Assembly (NCBI RefSeq): GCF_964204645.1
Contig: NC_134035.1
Span: 9,766,451 to 9,830,450 of the forward strand
Source of the DNA: Tubulanus polymorphus
Lineage: Eukaryota > Animalia > Nemertea
Direction: 5' to 3'
DNA length: 64,000 nt
The position numbers and the translations under genes were made by a program. The notes under the pieces were generated by a model. The model ran no database searches. It was not told the origin of the DNA and saw only the letters and a program-made list of their open reading frames with translations. Shown in pieces: positions 1 to 14,253 of this stretch (position 1 is its first letter; every line of letters begins with the position of its first letter).

Positions 1-130
1 ATATTGATCTAACAGCACAGATGGCTTATCAAATAGGCCCGATACATGGAAGAGATTTTACCTGAAAACTTTATAATTGGATCTCGTTCGAACATAGGAT
101 AGAATACACTATCATCTAAAGTTAAAAACT

Positions 131-407
131 CAGTGTTCTCCACAACAGGTTTTAGAGGGGCGGCCTCCCCTTTCGTTTTTACATCGACCCCCCCACTTAT
201 GAAATATCTGCTGCCCCTACCAGAGCGGATATCAATATTCTGATAATTGCTTTGAAATATATTCAGCTAACGTGAAAAGTAAAACATTACATCAAAATTA
301 AGCTTAAATTTTCTGCAGTTTTCAGAGGGGATCGAAAGCCTTGCTTCATCAGCAGCCACGATGGCCTAATGCAGCCCCTGTAAAATTCCAGCATATGGAG
401 AACACCG
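131..407. mobile_element. MITE with CAGTGTTCTCCA termini; inverted copy at 41570-41874
   Basis: TIR cagtgttctcca...tggagaacac(c/t)g; internal similarity between the two copies. Confidence 0.7.
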
Positions 408-1005
408 TAACTTCATTCGGAAATTTCGCGATATCGGTTCGCAGGGCGAAAGGGCGAATCTCAGGCGATTATTGTCGCCGATTGCGCGACGCACGCTGCC
501 GCGACCGACCATTTCAGATCATTCGTTTAATTTTCTACGAGTCAATATACGTGCATAAATGATACAGATTCAACTATCAACAAAAACATGTGTGTAAACA
601 TATAAAACTATCGGTAAAATCATATTTATACATATACTATAATATATGTAACATCGTCTATACCATGTCATGTTGTATGTTAGATAATAGTAAAAATAAA
701 ATGGGTTTTTTGTTTGACACAATTTTGACTCTGATTAGTAGTGACTGACCGTCCGGGTCTCGTTAAAACAACGACGACGAAGCCGACAACAAGAGGAGAT
801 ACAGATCATCAATAACAGTATAAACGAAGACGAATGCGAATAGACTAGACTAGACTAAAACATTGACTGGCGAGAAAATAAGCCGTATCGCGGAGCTGCT
901 ATGGCCGCAGCCGCCGCTGCTGCTGCTGCTGGTGGTGTTCACGTTTTTCGTAATATCACAGAGAAAAAACATAAAAGTTCCCGAAAAACTTGGACAAAAC
1001 AACCA

Positions 1006-1054
<49 letters not shown>

Positions 1055-1790
1055 TCCGTATACATAATAACGTCATATGCAGAGATTCTGAACAGAAAGA
1101 AAAAAAAGGCGATCATTTTTTCGCGACGATTTTTTCACAGACTCTGAAATTCATCGTACGAATAACTTAACAATATGAAGCGACAGTTTCAAATTTCGTA
1201 ACAAATAAAACGAAAAATTATTTTTTTTGAACAAAATTTTGGAAAATTTTTTCAACATCTTTAACACGCTCGTGAAAAAACGGCTTACATTTTTTTAACG
1301 AATTGAAATCGTTTTTCCAGATCTCTCGGGTTTAATATTCGCACCCATCGATTTCAATAAATTTTCTATAAATTCAGACCCACTAACAGGATAAGATATT
1401 GAGATTCAAAAAAGAAATTTGAAAATGAGTCGAAAATCTCAGACTCGGAAAGCGTACGCATCTAAAATCCGACGGCAACATATCCTACGTATGCTAGCGG
1501 TACGTATAATTCTAACTATCGTGCGTTTAAAATCATAAGCTTTTCAAATACGAGAACGTAAAACATTTATGGGAGATTGTAAAAAACATCTGGGGTGAGA
1601 ATACTAATCAATTTTTTGTCTGCGGTTATTATTTATTGCCCGCCGTATGTTATTATTATGCGATATATTGAGATACTTTTTTTTTTTAAAGTCGAGTCAA
1701 TAAAATGTTAGTCGAATTTATGCCAGGCGAATGAAATCAGAAATCAGGGTTTGAAATAGAAAACGAGAAAGAGACGGCATCAGCCATAAA

Positions 1791-1823
<33 letters not shown>

Positions 1824-3534
1824 GGCGAGGATCATACGCAACCGAGAATCACTGATCTAGTATTCTTTTCCAAGCACATTCAAAAAGAGGGGGGAGAATC
1901 CATTATTATTTATTATCAATTCGTAAAATAGAAAACTTTCCCGGATTAAAAGCTTAAAATACGCGCGCATCGTACACGCAGGGTCGCGAGCGTACCGAGG
2001 GGTACGCCGGCGCCCTCTCGTGCGACGCGCACAAGCACAAACGCAACAAGAAATATGTACATTATACTCTGTTTTGTAGTTTTGTTTGTTGATTTACTTT
2101 CTATTTAGAGGCAGGATGCTGAATTTACGCCAACAGCCATTCGGGAGATGCCAATCAACAATACAGCTGGTGTTCCACTGGACGAATCAGCGGCAACTGT
2201 TCATCAGTTCGCGTTGCGTAAATTGCGCAACCTGCCCTTAAAATGAAATTTGAGCTTTCATTCATCATTTTTGAAATTTCGTATTACATTAAAGGTACAT
2301 ACTCAGACCTTGAGCTCATAGATAACACATACAAGAACACGGTGGCCTACTCTCAACACATTTGAACAAACGACTTATCGTTTAAAGACTTTCTTCACAA
2401 ACATTTCTTGCAGATCGAGGCGGATATTCTACCAAGCCAAACAAGGGCGGATTTCGGGTGCACTGGGCCAGACCTTCAAAATTCGACTGTGCCCTCCAAA
2501 AAGTCTGGAAAATCTTTTCTAGTAAAGAAAATTTTAAAAAAGACTAAAAACAAATCCAAATTGGCCCCTTTTTATCCTAACTTTTCTCTTGGAGGGCCAC
2601 CAGAACCCCGCAGTGTTTCCCTTGCAGACTTCGCATTGCCAAATCTGCCATTTTTGAATTTAGTCCAATTTTAGGTCCATCCCTTCATTAAATCCTAGAT
2701 CCGCCCTTTCAAAATTCTAATTAACTCAAAGCTAAAGCTGTAGACTTATCAGTCACAATAGAAATTACGTTTCGAAAAATTCGCTGAATTTGGTAAACAG
2801 TTTTCTAAAGATAGGATGGACTTCAGTCTTCAATATCTCTACGCGAATAGACACGGCAGATTTTGTATCGCAATGCTTCCGATGAGTCCAAACAGATGCT
2901 GCCACCGTGTAGCGAATCGCCGAACTACGTAATCATACAAATGTATATACATATATATATATATATACATGGTTACGCATCGACGACGATTTAAAAAAAA
3001 ACAAAAAACATTCATCTCGCTCTCGAATATTTTCGTAATTTAAAATTCCTTCTCGCGCGGCGGAAACAGTGAACTCGATAGTAGCTAGCGCGTAGTCAAC
3101 TGTAAATACCAGCTGACATATCATTAAGAGCGCAGGAGTGGATATTTGAAAATGTTTGCTTTGTAGCCACTCTCACCGCCGTGTATATACCACATACGAG
3201 ATATGTATAAATATGACCGGATTACCGTCGGGAATTATCTCTCGTCGAGAATAGACCGGCGTAGTTAAGTCGACGGAAGTTTTAAACGCCACTTTGCCCG
3301 ATGCGCGCAGCGGTACACGACACACCGAACGATAACAGAGAGAACGATTCCTCGGGGAGTGCCCTGTGATTAGCGAGACTTAACATCGTCGTCTGCTGGG
3401 TCCACCGCAAATCTATATATCATATACATACATATATATATATACATATACAACGCACGAGAGGTTTAATGTATAATTAACATCGCATTATCATACCGAC
3501 ATCAAAGTCAGTACGATACTTTCAGTTATATCGC

Positions 3535-3720
3535 GGCGCTGGCAACCTCTGAAAAGCGCTCCGAGTAACGTATTTTTGTTTTTCAGGAACATTTCATTGA
3601 AATATGAAAGAAAATGTTCGAATTAATCATCAGTAATCAACAGTAAAACCCTCAATATCATTACAAATAAATCGAATCAGTATTTCTCAGGACAAAATAG
3701 GAACAAAATACTCTGCTCTG
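3535..3720. mobile_element. Dispersed ~200 bp repeat (tttcattgaaatatgaaagaaaatgttc core); other copies near 5245-5457, 13240-13350, 13545-13678, 20420-20597
   Basis: Shared core in five places; ctgcca...tggcagct ends in two copies. Confidence 0.65.
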
Positions 3721-6700
3721 CTATCGTTTCGATAGGAATTTTATCATGATAGGCATTTTACAAAGAAAAAAAAAAGACGAACGAAAATATTCGTAATTCC
3801 AATTTTCGGCGTCGCGCTCAAATTCGAACACGGGCGATTCACGATAATCGATAGCTAAAAATAGCACCAGCAAGCGGCACTTCGACCGATGAAGTTGCGG
3901 AGGGTTTTAATGAATTTTTTTTATCTCGTCGACGTCGCACTCGTGTGACGACAAACGCGCGCGCGCGTAGGAGAGGGAGTACGTCGAGGGTTTGCGGATA
4001 ATCCGAATTCAATGACTCTCAACAATCAATGCCTTCTTCGTCGTCGTCGTCGTCGTGCGTTTCATCGTTACGCAGCATCGAAAAGGCCGACGACGACACC
4101 GTTTTTGATGGCCGATAAAACGAGGTTACCATGGTGATCGCGGCTGTTGAACGCGCTATATATGAGCTTAAGACCATTCATACATATATATATATATATA
4201 TATTTATAATATATATCTCTATGTTTTTACTGCTAAGTCAAAAATGTCTTTGTTAAATGCGATCGAAATATCTCGAAGATGATCTACTTACTCCCGAGTT
4301 GGGTTTACGTGTAGAGCAATCGATCAAAGTGTGAATCTTCCTTCGCAAAGCCCCCGCCCTAAACTTCCCTCCCCCAGGGCTGGATCTAGGAAAGTTGGAA
4401 GGGGGCCCCAGAAATGACTGGATAATTTTTCAGATGAAGCAGGGCGTTATAGATTACTAGCGGGGTTCCACCTTCGGTATAAGACATTCTTGAAGAAATA
4501 TGTCCGAAAAATATGCAATTTCCAAGATGAGTGTGAAATTTGTAGGTTTTCAATCTTTACTATAAAGGGCGACCACCTCAATGGAAAGGCAGGGGACCTG
4601 GACCGCGAGACCAACTCCTAAATCCGCCCCTGTCCCCGGTGCCTAGTTTATCTAAATACGCGCAAATTTGATAATTCGATACGACGTACGAGACGTTGAT
4701 TCGTCTTTTATTCCGTGTTCAATTAAATTCGTCGGAAACGTAATCCGATTTTCGGCGGCGGCGGAGAAAAAAAAACTCAATTTACCCCGTCGCGCATTTT
4801 ACACGCGCGCAGAAATGTCACGATTAGAAATGAATTGACGACGTTCGCGCTGCCACGGTGGCCGTTTTTAAAAATACAGAGCGAGATGATGAAGACCGAT
4901 ACGTAATGATTTCGACCGTTTTTACAAAAGATGTTCGACTGAATTTTCTGAGATTGAAAAGTTATCAATCGAATAGCGTATTTGATAAGAAACGATTTCG
5001 CAATAACGCCAACAGTTACGACAGTTGAGTGGAACCTCGTTACGATGAACTTCAGGGACCAGTTCCATAGTGACGGCTTGCCTTAAAACCAGTCTAAGAC
5101 AATATTAGTTCTATAGCCAATCTAATAATTGAAGACCAAATTTAAGCCCACTTTAAGACTTAAATATCGAATGTGGAACTGGCCCCTGGGGACTAGAAAC
5201 TCTTTTTTGTTATACCCAATAATGTTCTATACAGTATGAAGGTTAGGACTGCCAATCTCTAAAAAGCGCTTTCAGTTACATAATTGAATTTTTTTCAGTA
5301 ACATTTCATTGAAATACGAAAGAAAATGTTCAAATCAACAGTAAGGCCATCAGTAACATCTCTCATATTTCTGTACGCATCAAACAAATCCAATCAGTAT
5401 TTCTCATTATAAAATAGTAACAAATACTATCAATAATAATATCAGGAACTGGCAGCTTTGTCTTTATTTGGGACAAAATTCGAAGTTCGTTAATGAGGTT
5501 CCGCTGTTGTACTTTCGATAGTAAGACTACAGCTTTAGCATTGATTGAAAACATTTAGGGGAACAATCTTTCAAGGAATCAAATTAAATTTGACAAAATA
5601 TTCGAACATGATAGGGAATTAATACAAAGGAACCGTGTACGTAAAGTACGTACTGATTTTCGCGAATGCGCGAAAACAACGTAAACAAATCTGCCCGATC
5701 CGCACGAAGATGCTTTACAAATTATTCGAGATCTCCGTCATCTCCGTAAACAGCACGACTCGGTGTGCGCGGCTGTGATGCATACATAAGCCCTTGAACA
5801 TACACGATGAGGAAGCTGTACACGAGGACGTCGTCGTCGTCGATGTCTCTCTCTCCGTGCTGGTGAAACATCGACATATTGCGCAAGCCTCTACAACTCG
5901 ACGTTGTGATAGTCGTTTGAATGCCGCTGCTGCCGCTGCTGCTGCTGCTGCTGCTGGTGCATATTCACACTCTATCGCACTATGAATATCCGCTCCACTC
6001 ATTACCATAACTCCCTACGGTCACAATCAGTGGTCAGACGATTTTCCACCAGTATCGCTTACACTCATGACATATACGCACACACTGCCACCATCGCCGC
6101 TGCTGCTGCTGATGCTGCTGCTGCCGCCGATGCTGCTGCTTATTCGATATATGTATTACGAATATCGGCGTTGATTTATCGTATCGCCTTTTTTTTCGCG
6201 TATGATACGCGCCAAACGCCGACACGAGCGGAATCGCGAACGAACGCGGCGAACATAATTCCGCGCGCTTTCCCGCGAGATATTTCCAGCGGATATCGTC
6301 GTCGTCGTCGTAGATGAATTTATGGCCGTTAACTCCGCGAATAAACGCCGGGGCCGCGTGCTGCACTTTTTTGTAACGATACGAAAAACAGAAAATATAT
6401 TCCCGTCGCCGGGCGCGTGTTTTTTCGCGGCGTTATTATTTCGATGAATTTCTGATTTACGGCGACGGGTGAAGGTATCGTCGGCTGTCGTGTTTGTTCT
6501 CGTGTCGTCGCTGCCTTGTTAAGCGTATCCACCACCGGTGTCTAGGCCACACAGTCTACAAAGAATATTGAAATGAATTGTTATTTTTACGAACATGAAA
6601 ATTTTATAAATTTCCCCGCCAACATAACGATCATCGCCGAATGTCGGACAAACGTTACCCTCGCACGGAGCTTGGATTAGATACTGCTGGACAATGATTT

Positions 6701-6836
6701 CCAACGTACGGCGATTGTTTATGACAATCTGGCAAAGCAATAAAACGTTTACAACTGTCGACACAACTGCGGCGATGGAGGATTCCACACGCTAGATTCC
6801 GACCCCTTACGATCCGGAACCTAGTCTGGTTGTTAG

Positions 6837-7042
6837 CAGGGTGGCCACTTGTCACCCATTTACAAATTCCCTGATTTTTCCATGTGATTACATAAAATCC
6901 CCTGAGGGAATCAGAGAAATTTCTAGGTTTAAAATGTTATAATTGATTCATTTTTCAGTAAATCACGTACTGATTAAAAAAACACGTGGCCAAAAGCATA
7001 ATCCGAATTCCCCGAGTTTTCCCGGTCAGTGGCGCCACCTGT
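6837..7042. mobile_element. Most abundant MITE family (cagggtggccac...gtggc[c]accctg). Copies near 8100-8500, 9340-9520, 15790-16050, 18305-18492, 22870-23070, 24896-25310, 27742-27945, 53170-53337, 58065-58370, 60861-61125, 61654-61877
   Basis: Recurring core aaattccctga...tttctaggtttaaaatgttacaattc...gtggtcaata, with short CAGGG TIRs. Confidence 0.8.
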
Positions 7043-7271
7043 ATAGGTCTCATTGCTTGGTTCATTCTTAGGTTCACAGTATGGATTTATTACAAAGATT
7101 ACATCACATTACTCCTTAATGGTAACCCGTTTATCCCTTTTGCTGCAGTTTCTGTATTCACTGATATCCCACCCTCCTTTCGCGAACCTACTCAAGATTT
7201 TATCAAACGAGAAATCCGATCCTCGAATTTGAATTTTCCTGTCTTACTGATCTTGATAGAACTATGACCTT

Positions 7272-7623
7272 ATGTCTCTTTCAGCTTGACTTGAGAGGAC
7301 GTCTGGTGGCGTAACTCAGTCAGTTTTGGTGGTACATACCAGATATATAGGTCTTTAAAGGACCAGAATGGGCTGGCAGTTGAATTACGCAAAACATCGA
7401 TTTTAAATCCATCCTACAATGTATTGAAGGATTGCCAAAAAGTTAAATTGTTCAACTCGAATTATACAAGAAAATGGTGTCTATTTATTATGACCCAACC
7501 CCTTTCAATGAAGACTTTTTGGCAATCCCATCTAAGCTTGTCCTTGTAAGACCTATATCAGGGTGCCACCAAAACTGACTGAGCTGTACTGGATGTCCTC
7601 TCAAGTCAAGTTGAAATAGACAT
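7272..7623. mobile_element. ~350 bp foldback/palindromic element
   Basis: atgtctctttcagcttgacttgagaggac...ctcagtcagttttggtgg pairs with ccaccaaaactgactgag...gtcctctcaagtcaagttgaaatagacat; inner pair gattgccaaaaagt / actttttggcaatc. Confidence 0.75.
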
Positions 7624-8313
7624 TAGTGCTGTAGTTGTGAGCTAAATCGGACCTACGAGCGATTTATTCGTAGATCGCACTCTATAACAAAGTAAAACTG
7701 AATCGACTGATTTTCAGTTAAGTCTGTGTAACTGGGGCGCAGACGGACGAATTTCTGAATACTGCGCAGCTCAAGCGGAATTCTGCGCGTTCAACATCGA
7801 ATTGAATTTAAACGCAGTTAACGCCGCCGACGATTCTAATCGTCAATAAATTACGTTTCGCATTGTGTGGAATTACTTTCGTCGGTAATTAACACAATTA
7901 CAACTCGAAACTGAATCCACGGATAATGACATCAAAATGTGACAAATAGGTAGCAGCAGCAGCAGCATGTATGAGACGGGAGAGAGAGAGTAGTTCGCTC
8001 GTTTAATGATAGTTCATCTCACAACACGCCCTTCCAGAAATCATAATCATCTCCAACAGGGAGGCCACTCCTCCCTACCACATCTTCCCCCCAATTTAGA
8101 TTCTTCTTTTTTTCTTTTCAATTATTTACAAATCATATATTGATTAAGCAATGCATGGTCAATAGCATAAAATAAACTCAAAATTTCCTGATTGAGGTCG
8201 AATAGAAAAATGTCAGGATTTAAAATGATACAATTTATTCACTATTCGCATGTATTCATATTAATCATGTATCGATTAAGAAACATGTAGTCAATAGAAT
8301 ATCGAAATACCCT

Positions 8314-8423
8314 GGGCCCGGTTTTATAGACTGGTATTACCTTTAACCCGGGGGTTAATTAAAGTGAAAATGAATTAAGTAAGCCCGCGGGTTAAAGGTA
8401 ATACCAGTCTGTAAAACCGGCCA
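8314..8423. mobile_element. ~110 bp palindromic MITE; half copy near 43658-43715
   Basis: ccggttttatagactggtattacctttaacccg / cgggttaaaggtaataccagtctgtaaaaccgg. Confidence 0.75.
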
Positions 8424-8852
8424 CGGTATTTTGCCAGATGTCAAATTCAATGAGTTTTCGCTGATTCATAGATTTTTCCGAGGCCCTGTGTTTTCCAGGT
8501 CACACTGAGCAATAGAGCTGATAGCAAATAAGAAACGTATCTTTTCAGAAAGAAAGATCACTCCCGGTTAGAACCTCGAGGAGGTACGAATCGAACGTAT
8601 CCGCGCTGCGCCTGAAGAAGAGATTGCTCGCGGAGAGAGGAATGGACAAAAACCGGGAATTATGAATACGCGCATTTACTATAAACACATAATGCCACGT
8701 CGTCGTGTATCTCGAAGCAGCCGGAGATGATGCGATGACTAAGACGAACAATAAGACACAAGTCTCAAGTGTCGATGCAGACCTATTACTACAAGAAGAC
8801 AGACGGCATGAAAGTGACTAGCGAGCGATGGAAGGAGGAAGTATCGAAGAAA

Positions 8853-9012
8853 GAGGGAAGGAGGGAGGGAGGGAGGGGGAGAGAGGGAGGGATGGGGAGA
8901 GGGGGAGAGGGATGGGAGGGGGATGGGATGGGATGGGAGGGGAGGGGAGGGGAGAGGGGAGGGGAGAGGGGGAGGGTGAGAGAGGGAGAGAGGGAGAGAG
9001 GGAGAGAGAGAG
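8853..9012 (+). repeat. Polypurine G/A low-complexity tract
   Basis: Runs of ggga, gggagag and gggat. Confidence 0.9.
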
Positions 9013-9590
9013 ATGGAATCGAGGTGGATGGGAATTTTTGCGCGTAGCAGGCAGTGGTGGCGGTGGCGCGCGAGATAAATAAAACTTGTTAAATCATTGT
9101 CACGCTAACTGTGAATTAATACGGCTCACAGTCAATATGATATACGAGCAAATGAATTATTGATGTTTATTCCAGATATTATCTATCGACCGGCGGTCGG
9201 TCGGCTGCCACAGCCTGCCGGGGGTTGTGTATATAGTTGAACCCAGAACACAATCCGACACGAGATATACACAATATCAGATAGTCCTCTCGCACTGGAT
9301 ACATCAAATCCCTCCCATACATTCCATCATACTCATACGCAGTGGACGCTTTCCGGCAATTTACAAATCCCTCGAGTTTTGCCTGATTTTCCATGTGCTT
9401 ACACAAATCTCCCGGAGTGGATCAGAGAAATTTCTAGGTTTAGAATGTAACAATTCCTTTATTTTCTCGTCGAGTCACGAACTGATAAATAAACGCGTAG
9501 TCGATAACATTATCCGAATTCCCATACTCCGATTGTCATACTACGATGTGAAAGGTGTACACCAGGCTTAACATGATCTATCTGTTAACT

Positions 9591-10068
9591 CCCTATAAAG
9601 CGGTACCCCTTCACCCCCTACAAAGCGGTACCCCTTCACCCCCTACAAAGCGGTACCCCTTCACCCCCTACAAAGCAGTACCCCTTCAACCCCCTACAAA
9701 GCGGTACCCCTTCACCCCCTACAAAGCGGTACCCCTTCACCCCCTACAAAGCGGTACCCCTTCACCCCCTACAAAGCGGTACCCCTTCACCCCCTACAAA
9801 GCGGTACCCCTTCAACCCCCTACAAAGCGGTACCCCTTCACCCCCTACAAAGCGGTACCCCTTCAACCCCCTACAAAGCGGTACCCCTTCACCCCCTGTA
9901 CCCCTTCACCCCTACAAAGCGGTACCCCTTCAACCCCCTACAAAGCGGTACCCCTTCACCCCCTGTACCCCTTCACCCCTACAAAGCTGTACCCCTTCAA
10001 CCCCTACAAAGTGGTACCCCTTCACTCCCTGTACCCCTTCACCCCCTGTACCCCTTCACTCCCTCCCT
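9591..10068. repeat. Minisatellite, 25-26 bp unit (cccctacaaagcggtaccccttcac)
   Basis: Directly visible; degenerates at the right end. Confidence 0.95.
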
Positions 10069-10908
10069 GATCTACTTGGATACCTGACTTACATACGTAA
10101 CAATAACATATAGAGTTATCAGAGATCATATTGTAATCAGGTTCTTAGACGGAAATGATTATTTTCTCTCCTCTTTCTCCTCTCTAAGCGTGTGTATATC
10201 GTTCGGTTTTTTCTACCGTGACCGGATCAATCGATAAATAGCAATCAATCGGTCGTCCCTCGCGCGTCATTCCATCTTCAGCGCAGCATTAAACATTAGT
10301 AGTGCCTAATTATACACAAGGTTCAATCACAGATATATATATATATATATATATCGGAGCACTTCCTCAACTTTTGCTTCGGTGCCATCGTTTCTCGCAG
10401 AGCACTTTTTTCCAACCAGGTGCAAGGCGAAAGGGTGCCGAATAATTAATACCCGAAAGTGCTGGAGATAATTTGGAAATTTTTAAGATTCCCCCCCAGT
10501 GTGTTGAATAACAGGCATACCGCTTTATTGCGTCTACACCACGGTGCGGTGTATCGTTAGTTTCACAGTGTTTGGCAGGTGCCACCATCTATTAATAGAT
10601 AAAACTAATTATTAACTATATCAATATATGGTGTACTAGCAAAGTGCATCACCGATAAATACACGGCACTGCGGTGTAGGTGCACTGAAAGGGTTAATGA
10701 GAGCGGAAATTCGTAAACGGGTGCCCACTCCAATATTCAAACATAAATTGAATTTTTATTGTGACTGTTTTCATAAGGTCTCAACAATTCATTGACCCGG
10801 ATCAATTTTCCAATAATTCTAAGTTGAATAAACTGCCTATACACGCCCCACATTTTAATCAAAAAAGTTTGCGTCATCAGAGCAAGAGGACAGATATGCA
10901 GAAGCGGG

Positions 10909-11754
10909 GTCCAGACGACATGCCGTATCAGTGACCAGAGGAAATGCTGTATCGGTGACCAGAGGACATGCTGTATCGGTGACCAGAGGACATGCTGTAT
11001 CAGTGACCAGACGACATGCTGTATCAGTGACCAGATGACATGCTGTATCGGTGACCTGACGACATGTTTTACCAGTGGCCAGAGGACATGCCATGTTAGT
11101 GACCAGAGGACATGCTGTATCGGTGACCAGAGGACATGCTGTATCGGTGACCAGATGACATGCTGTATCGGTGACCAGAGGAAATGCTGTATCGGTGACC
11201 AGAGGACATGCTGTATCGGTGACCAGAGGACATGCTGTATCAGTGACCAGACGACATGCTGTATCAGTGACCAGATGACATGCTGTATCGGTGACCTGAC
11301 GACATGTTTTACCAGTGGCCAGAGGACATGCCATGTAAATGACCAGAGGACATGCTGTATCGGTGACCAGATGACATGCTGTATCAGTGACCAGAGGAAA
11401 TGCTGTATCGGTGACCAGAGGACATGCTGTATCGGTGACCAGAGGACATGCTGTATCAGTGACCAGACGACATGCTGTATCAGTGACCAGATGACATGCT
11501 GTATCGGTGACCTGACGACATGTTTTACCAGTGGCCAGACGACATGCAATGTTAGTGACCAAAGGACATGCTGTATCAGTGACCAGACAACATGCTGTAT
11601 CAGTGACCAGATGACATGCTGTATCGGTGACCTGACGACATGTTTTACCAGTGGCCAGATGACATGCCATGTTAGTGACCAGAGGACATGCTGTATCAGT
11701 GACAAGAGGGAATACTATATTAGTGACCAGACAAAATGCAGTATCAGTGGTCAC
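10909..11754. repeat. Minisatellite, 24 bp unit (gtgaccagaggacatgctgtatc[g/a]), about 35 copies, with higher-order structure
   Basis: Directly visible; variant units recur at 240 and 120 bp. Confidence 0.95.
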
Positions 11755-13063
11755 ATTATTTTTAGAATTTGTTCCCTACTATCGTGCATACTCAATGCAC
11801 TGACGGGACATTTAATTTTAGAAACGCCTCGCTAGTCCATTACGGCATTGTTGTCTTTCGTCGTCGAAAAATAATGAGACCCGATACGATTCGATTTCAT
11901 CGGGTCGTTCGGTCGGCCGGGAGCTAGCTCTACTTCGGCTGGTGCCGTTACAGAAAGCAGCCACTGCGGTGATGCTTGTAGAACTGTTGTAACCCTAGCA
12001 ACGGTAAATGGTGTTCCAACGGAGAGAGAACAAGAGAGAAAGGGAAGAAGAGAACGATGCAGGATGCTCTCTCTCCCTCCCTCTCTCTCTCTCTCTGAAC
12101 TATACTGCCTCCGCTAGTACTAGTGAATTTTTATATCATTTCATCTGCAGCACACATGAGCTTTAATATTGCTTCATTTATTTCGATAAGAATAAAATTC
12201 AAAAATCGTCGAGAAGCGCCTGCATGATTTCCAGCATCTATCTGTAAGACGTGTGTATATAGGATTGCGACAGATTATCGTGAATCCTTGCAGAGCACCT
12301 TACGACGACAAAACATTTCCCCAAAAGCAATTCGCGGAGTCCCTATTTCGAAAAAGAGTGAGGTTACCGTAGATTCTGTCGCGCTCCACGATCTCGAGGG
12401 CGATACGGAAGGGGACGACGGTCGGCAGAGTCGAGGTCGCGGAGAGCGAAAGCGGAAAAGACGACGAATCGGAATCAACGCGGATAAACGGAAAGGTGAG
12501 GCCGAGCGAGGCCGGGAACGAAAGCTGTGACCGACACTCGAATTGATGAACACCAGATCGGATGGGATAAACGTGTATTTCATTTAATAATATAATACTA
12601 CCGACTATAAATTGTCGTGTGCTACGTAGGAGCCCCTCGAGCTAGTGAGTATGTGTATTCACATACTCATATATATATATATATATATAGCAGGGAAATA
12701 TAATTCACTGAAACACAGAGCGCGAACACCGACAATAAAGATATGCCTCGCAGTTGAATGTAACTAAAAACTGGAACGTGAGACCCTGCGACCATTATAA
12801 TAAAATCCCGTCGTTATAAATATAAATACACGGCTCGTTTTAAATGTCACGCATAATAAAACTGCATATTCCACCTAGTACCCTACGCGAGCTCTATCTC
12901 TCTCCCTCTCTCGCGCGCGGTATCGGGGCATAATCCTTACACGCAAATAAATCACCGGGTTATATTTATTTATTCGAATATATTTTTAGCCGACTGCGAG
13001 AATTCGGATTTGGCGACAACTGCGCGCGCGTATACTGTAATACAACAATCCGTATCCACACAC

Positions 13064-13180
13064 ATGTATAATGTATATTATCAAAAATACTTTCTCTTCA
13101 TGTATTTTCCTCTTTATGATATATTATATCAAAAAAAAATACATTAAGAGGAAGTATTTTTGATAATATACATTATGCAT
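13064..13180. repeat. AT-rich inverted repeat/hairpin
   Basis: atgtataatgtatattatcaaaaatactt / aagtatttttgataatatacattatgcat. Confidence 0.8.
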
Positions 13181-13360
13181 ATATATATAGGAAAGACCTA
13201 CAACAAGGTTTATCAAGACCAGTCCAGAAGCTAAGTTTCCACGATGGACATTGCTATCAGTTGAACCTGAATTTCATTTCCATCGATGCGATGAAAGAAA
13301 ATGTTCGTTCGAATGAAGCAGTAATTGTCGTCCGAACTCGGTAACATGTTTCACAATTCT

Positions 13361-13399
<39 letters not shown>

Positions 13400-13681
13400 C
13401 CAAATCAAATCCGTTAATGCAACTATATTCACTGATATATAACATATATTCATACATACACAGGTCTGCAGCAGGGTTCCCTAAGGTGCCATGTTCTTTA
13501 TAGACCATTAGCTATCAGGACATACCAGAAACTACGTTTCCATGGCAGACATTGCCAGCGATACCACGAGCGCTATCGGGAACGCGTTGAATTTTCTTCA
13601 TGAAAATTTCATCGAATTATGAAAGGAAATGTTCGAATTAATCAGTAATCAATGATAAAACCCTCTGTAACATCTTTCGGC

Positions 13682-13853
13682 GGAACCCGTTTTAATTCGG
13701 ATCATTTGGGACCAACTAAATTCATTCTGTATACGGAAAATCTCGATTACAAGTCATTTTATTGTATATCAATTAACAAATGGACTGCGATTATTGTCCG
13801 GATTAGACCAAAATCCGGATCAAGCCGATCCGGATTAAGCGGGTTCGACTGTA
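13682..13853. mobile_element. pogo/Tigger-like MITE, left end truncated; similar small element near 28754-28925
   Basis: Right end reads tacagtcgaacccgcttaatccgg on minus (TA-CAGT terminus); left remnant ggaacccgttttaattcgg. Confidence 0.55.
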
Positions 13854-14253
13854 GAAAAAAATCAAATCAGCCTTTCTTGTTATAGATGGTAACGCGTACT
13901 GAAAATCAGCAACAGCTCTACGTTCCCGTATAATATCAAACACGCGTTTCTTTTGTACGGAGTTTTTGATTTTCGTTCGTTCAATCTATATTCGAATAAA
14001 TAAGCCGCGATGCTTAAACGCGGAAGGCATCCACTAGAGAAAGGGACGGCTCGAAATGTCAATATTTCGATATTCCAAGAGCCACCCTTATTACGGGATA
14101 CACACGTCCCCACGCGCGCGCGCGCACAACCGAGCCACCGACGTCGATCGGTGGGAGGGGCGAAAACTGCTTTCAACTAAATACCGACCGCCAGCCGGCC
14201 GAATACAATTCATAAATCACCATCGATGAAACGCTGTATCTGTGTTGTGACGA

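Noticed and set aside
2879-2897. ccgatgagtccaaacag, hammerhead-like 5' half
   Set aside because: The core is mutated and there is no downstream stem II partner or GAAA.
5715-6008. Minus-strand 97-aa poly-Ala ORF ending TT|GTAAAG
   Set aside because: It lies downstream of Kv1 so cannot feed it; weak donor, trinucleotide-repeat driven, no recognisable homology.
10737-11835. Three long ORFs of 266-322 aa
   Set aside because: Products of a stop-free 24-bp repeat, with no domains or gene structure.
12373-12495. Exon-like plus-strand segment ending AAG|GTGAGG
   Set aside because: Poor acceptor, no recognisable protein and no partner exons.
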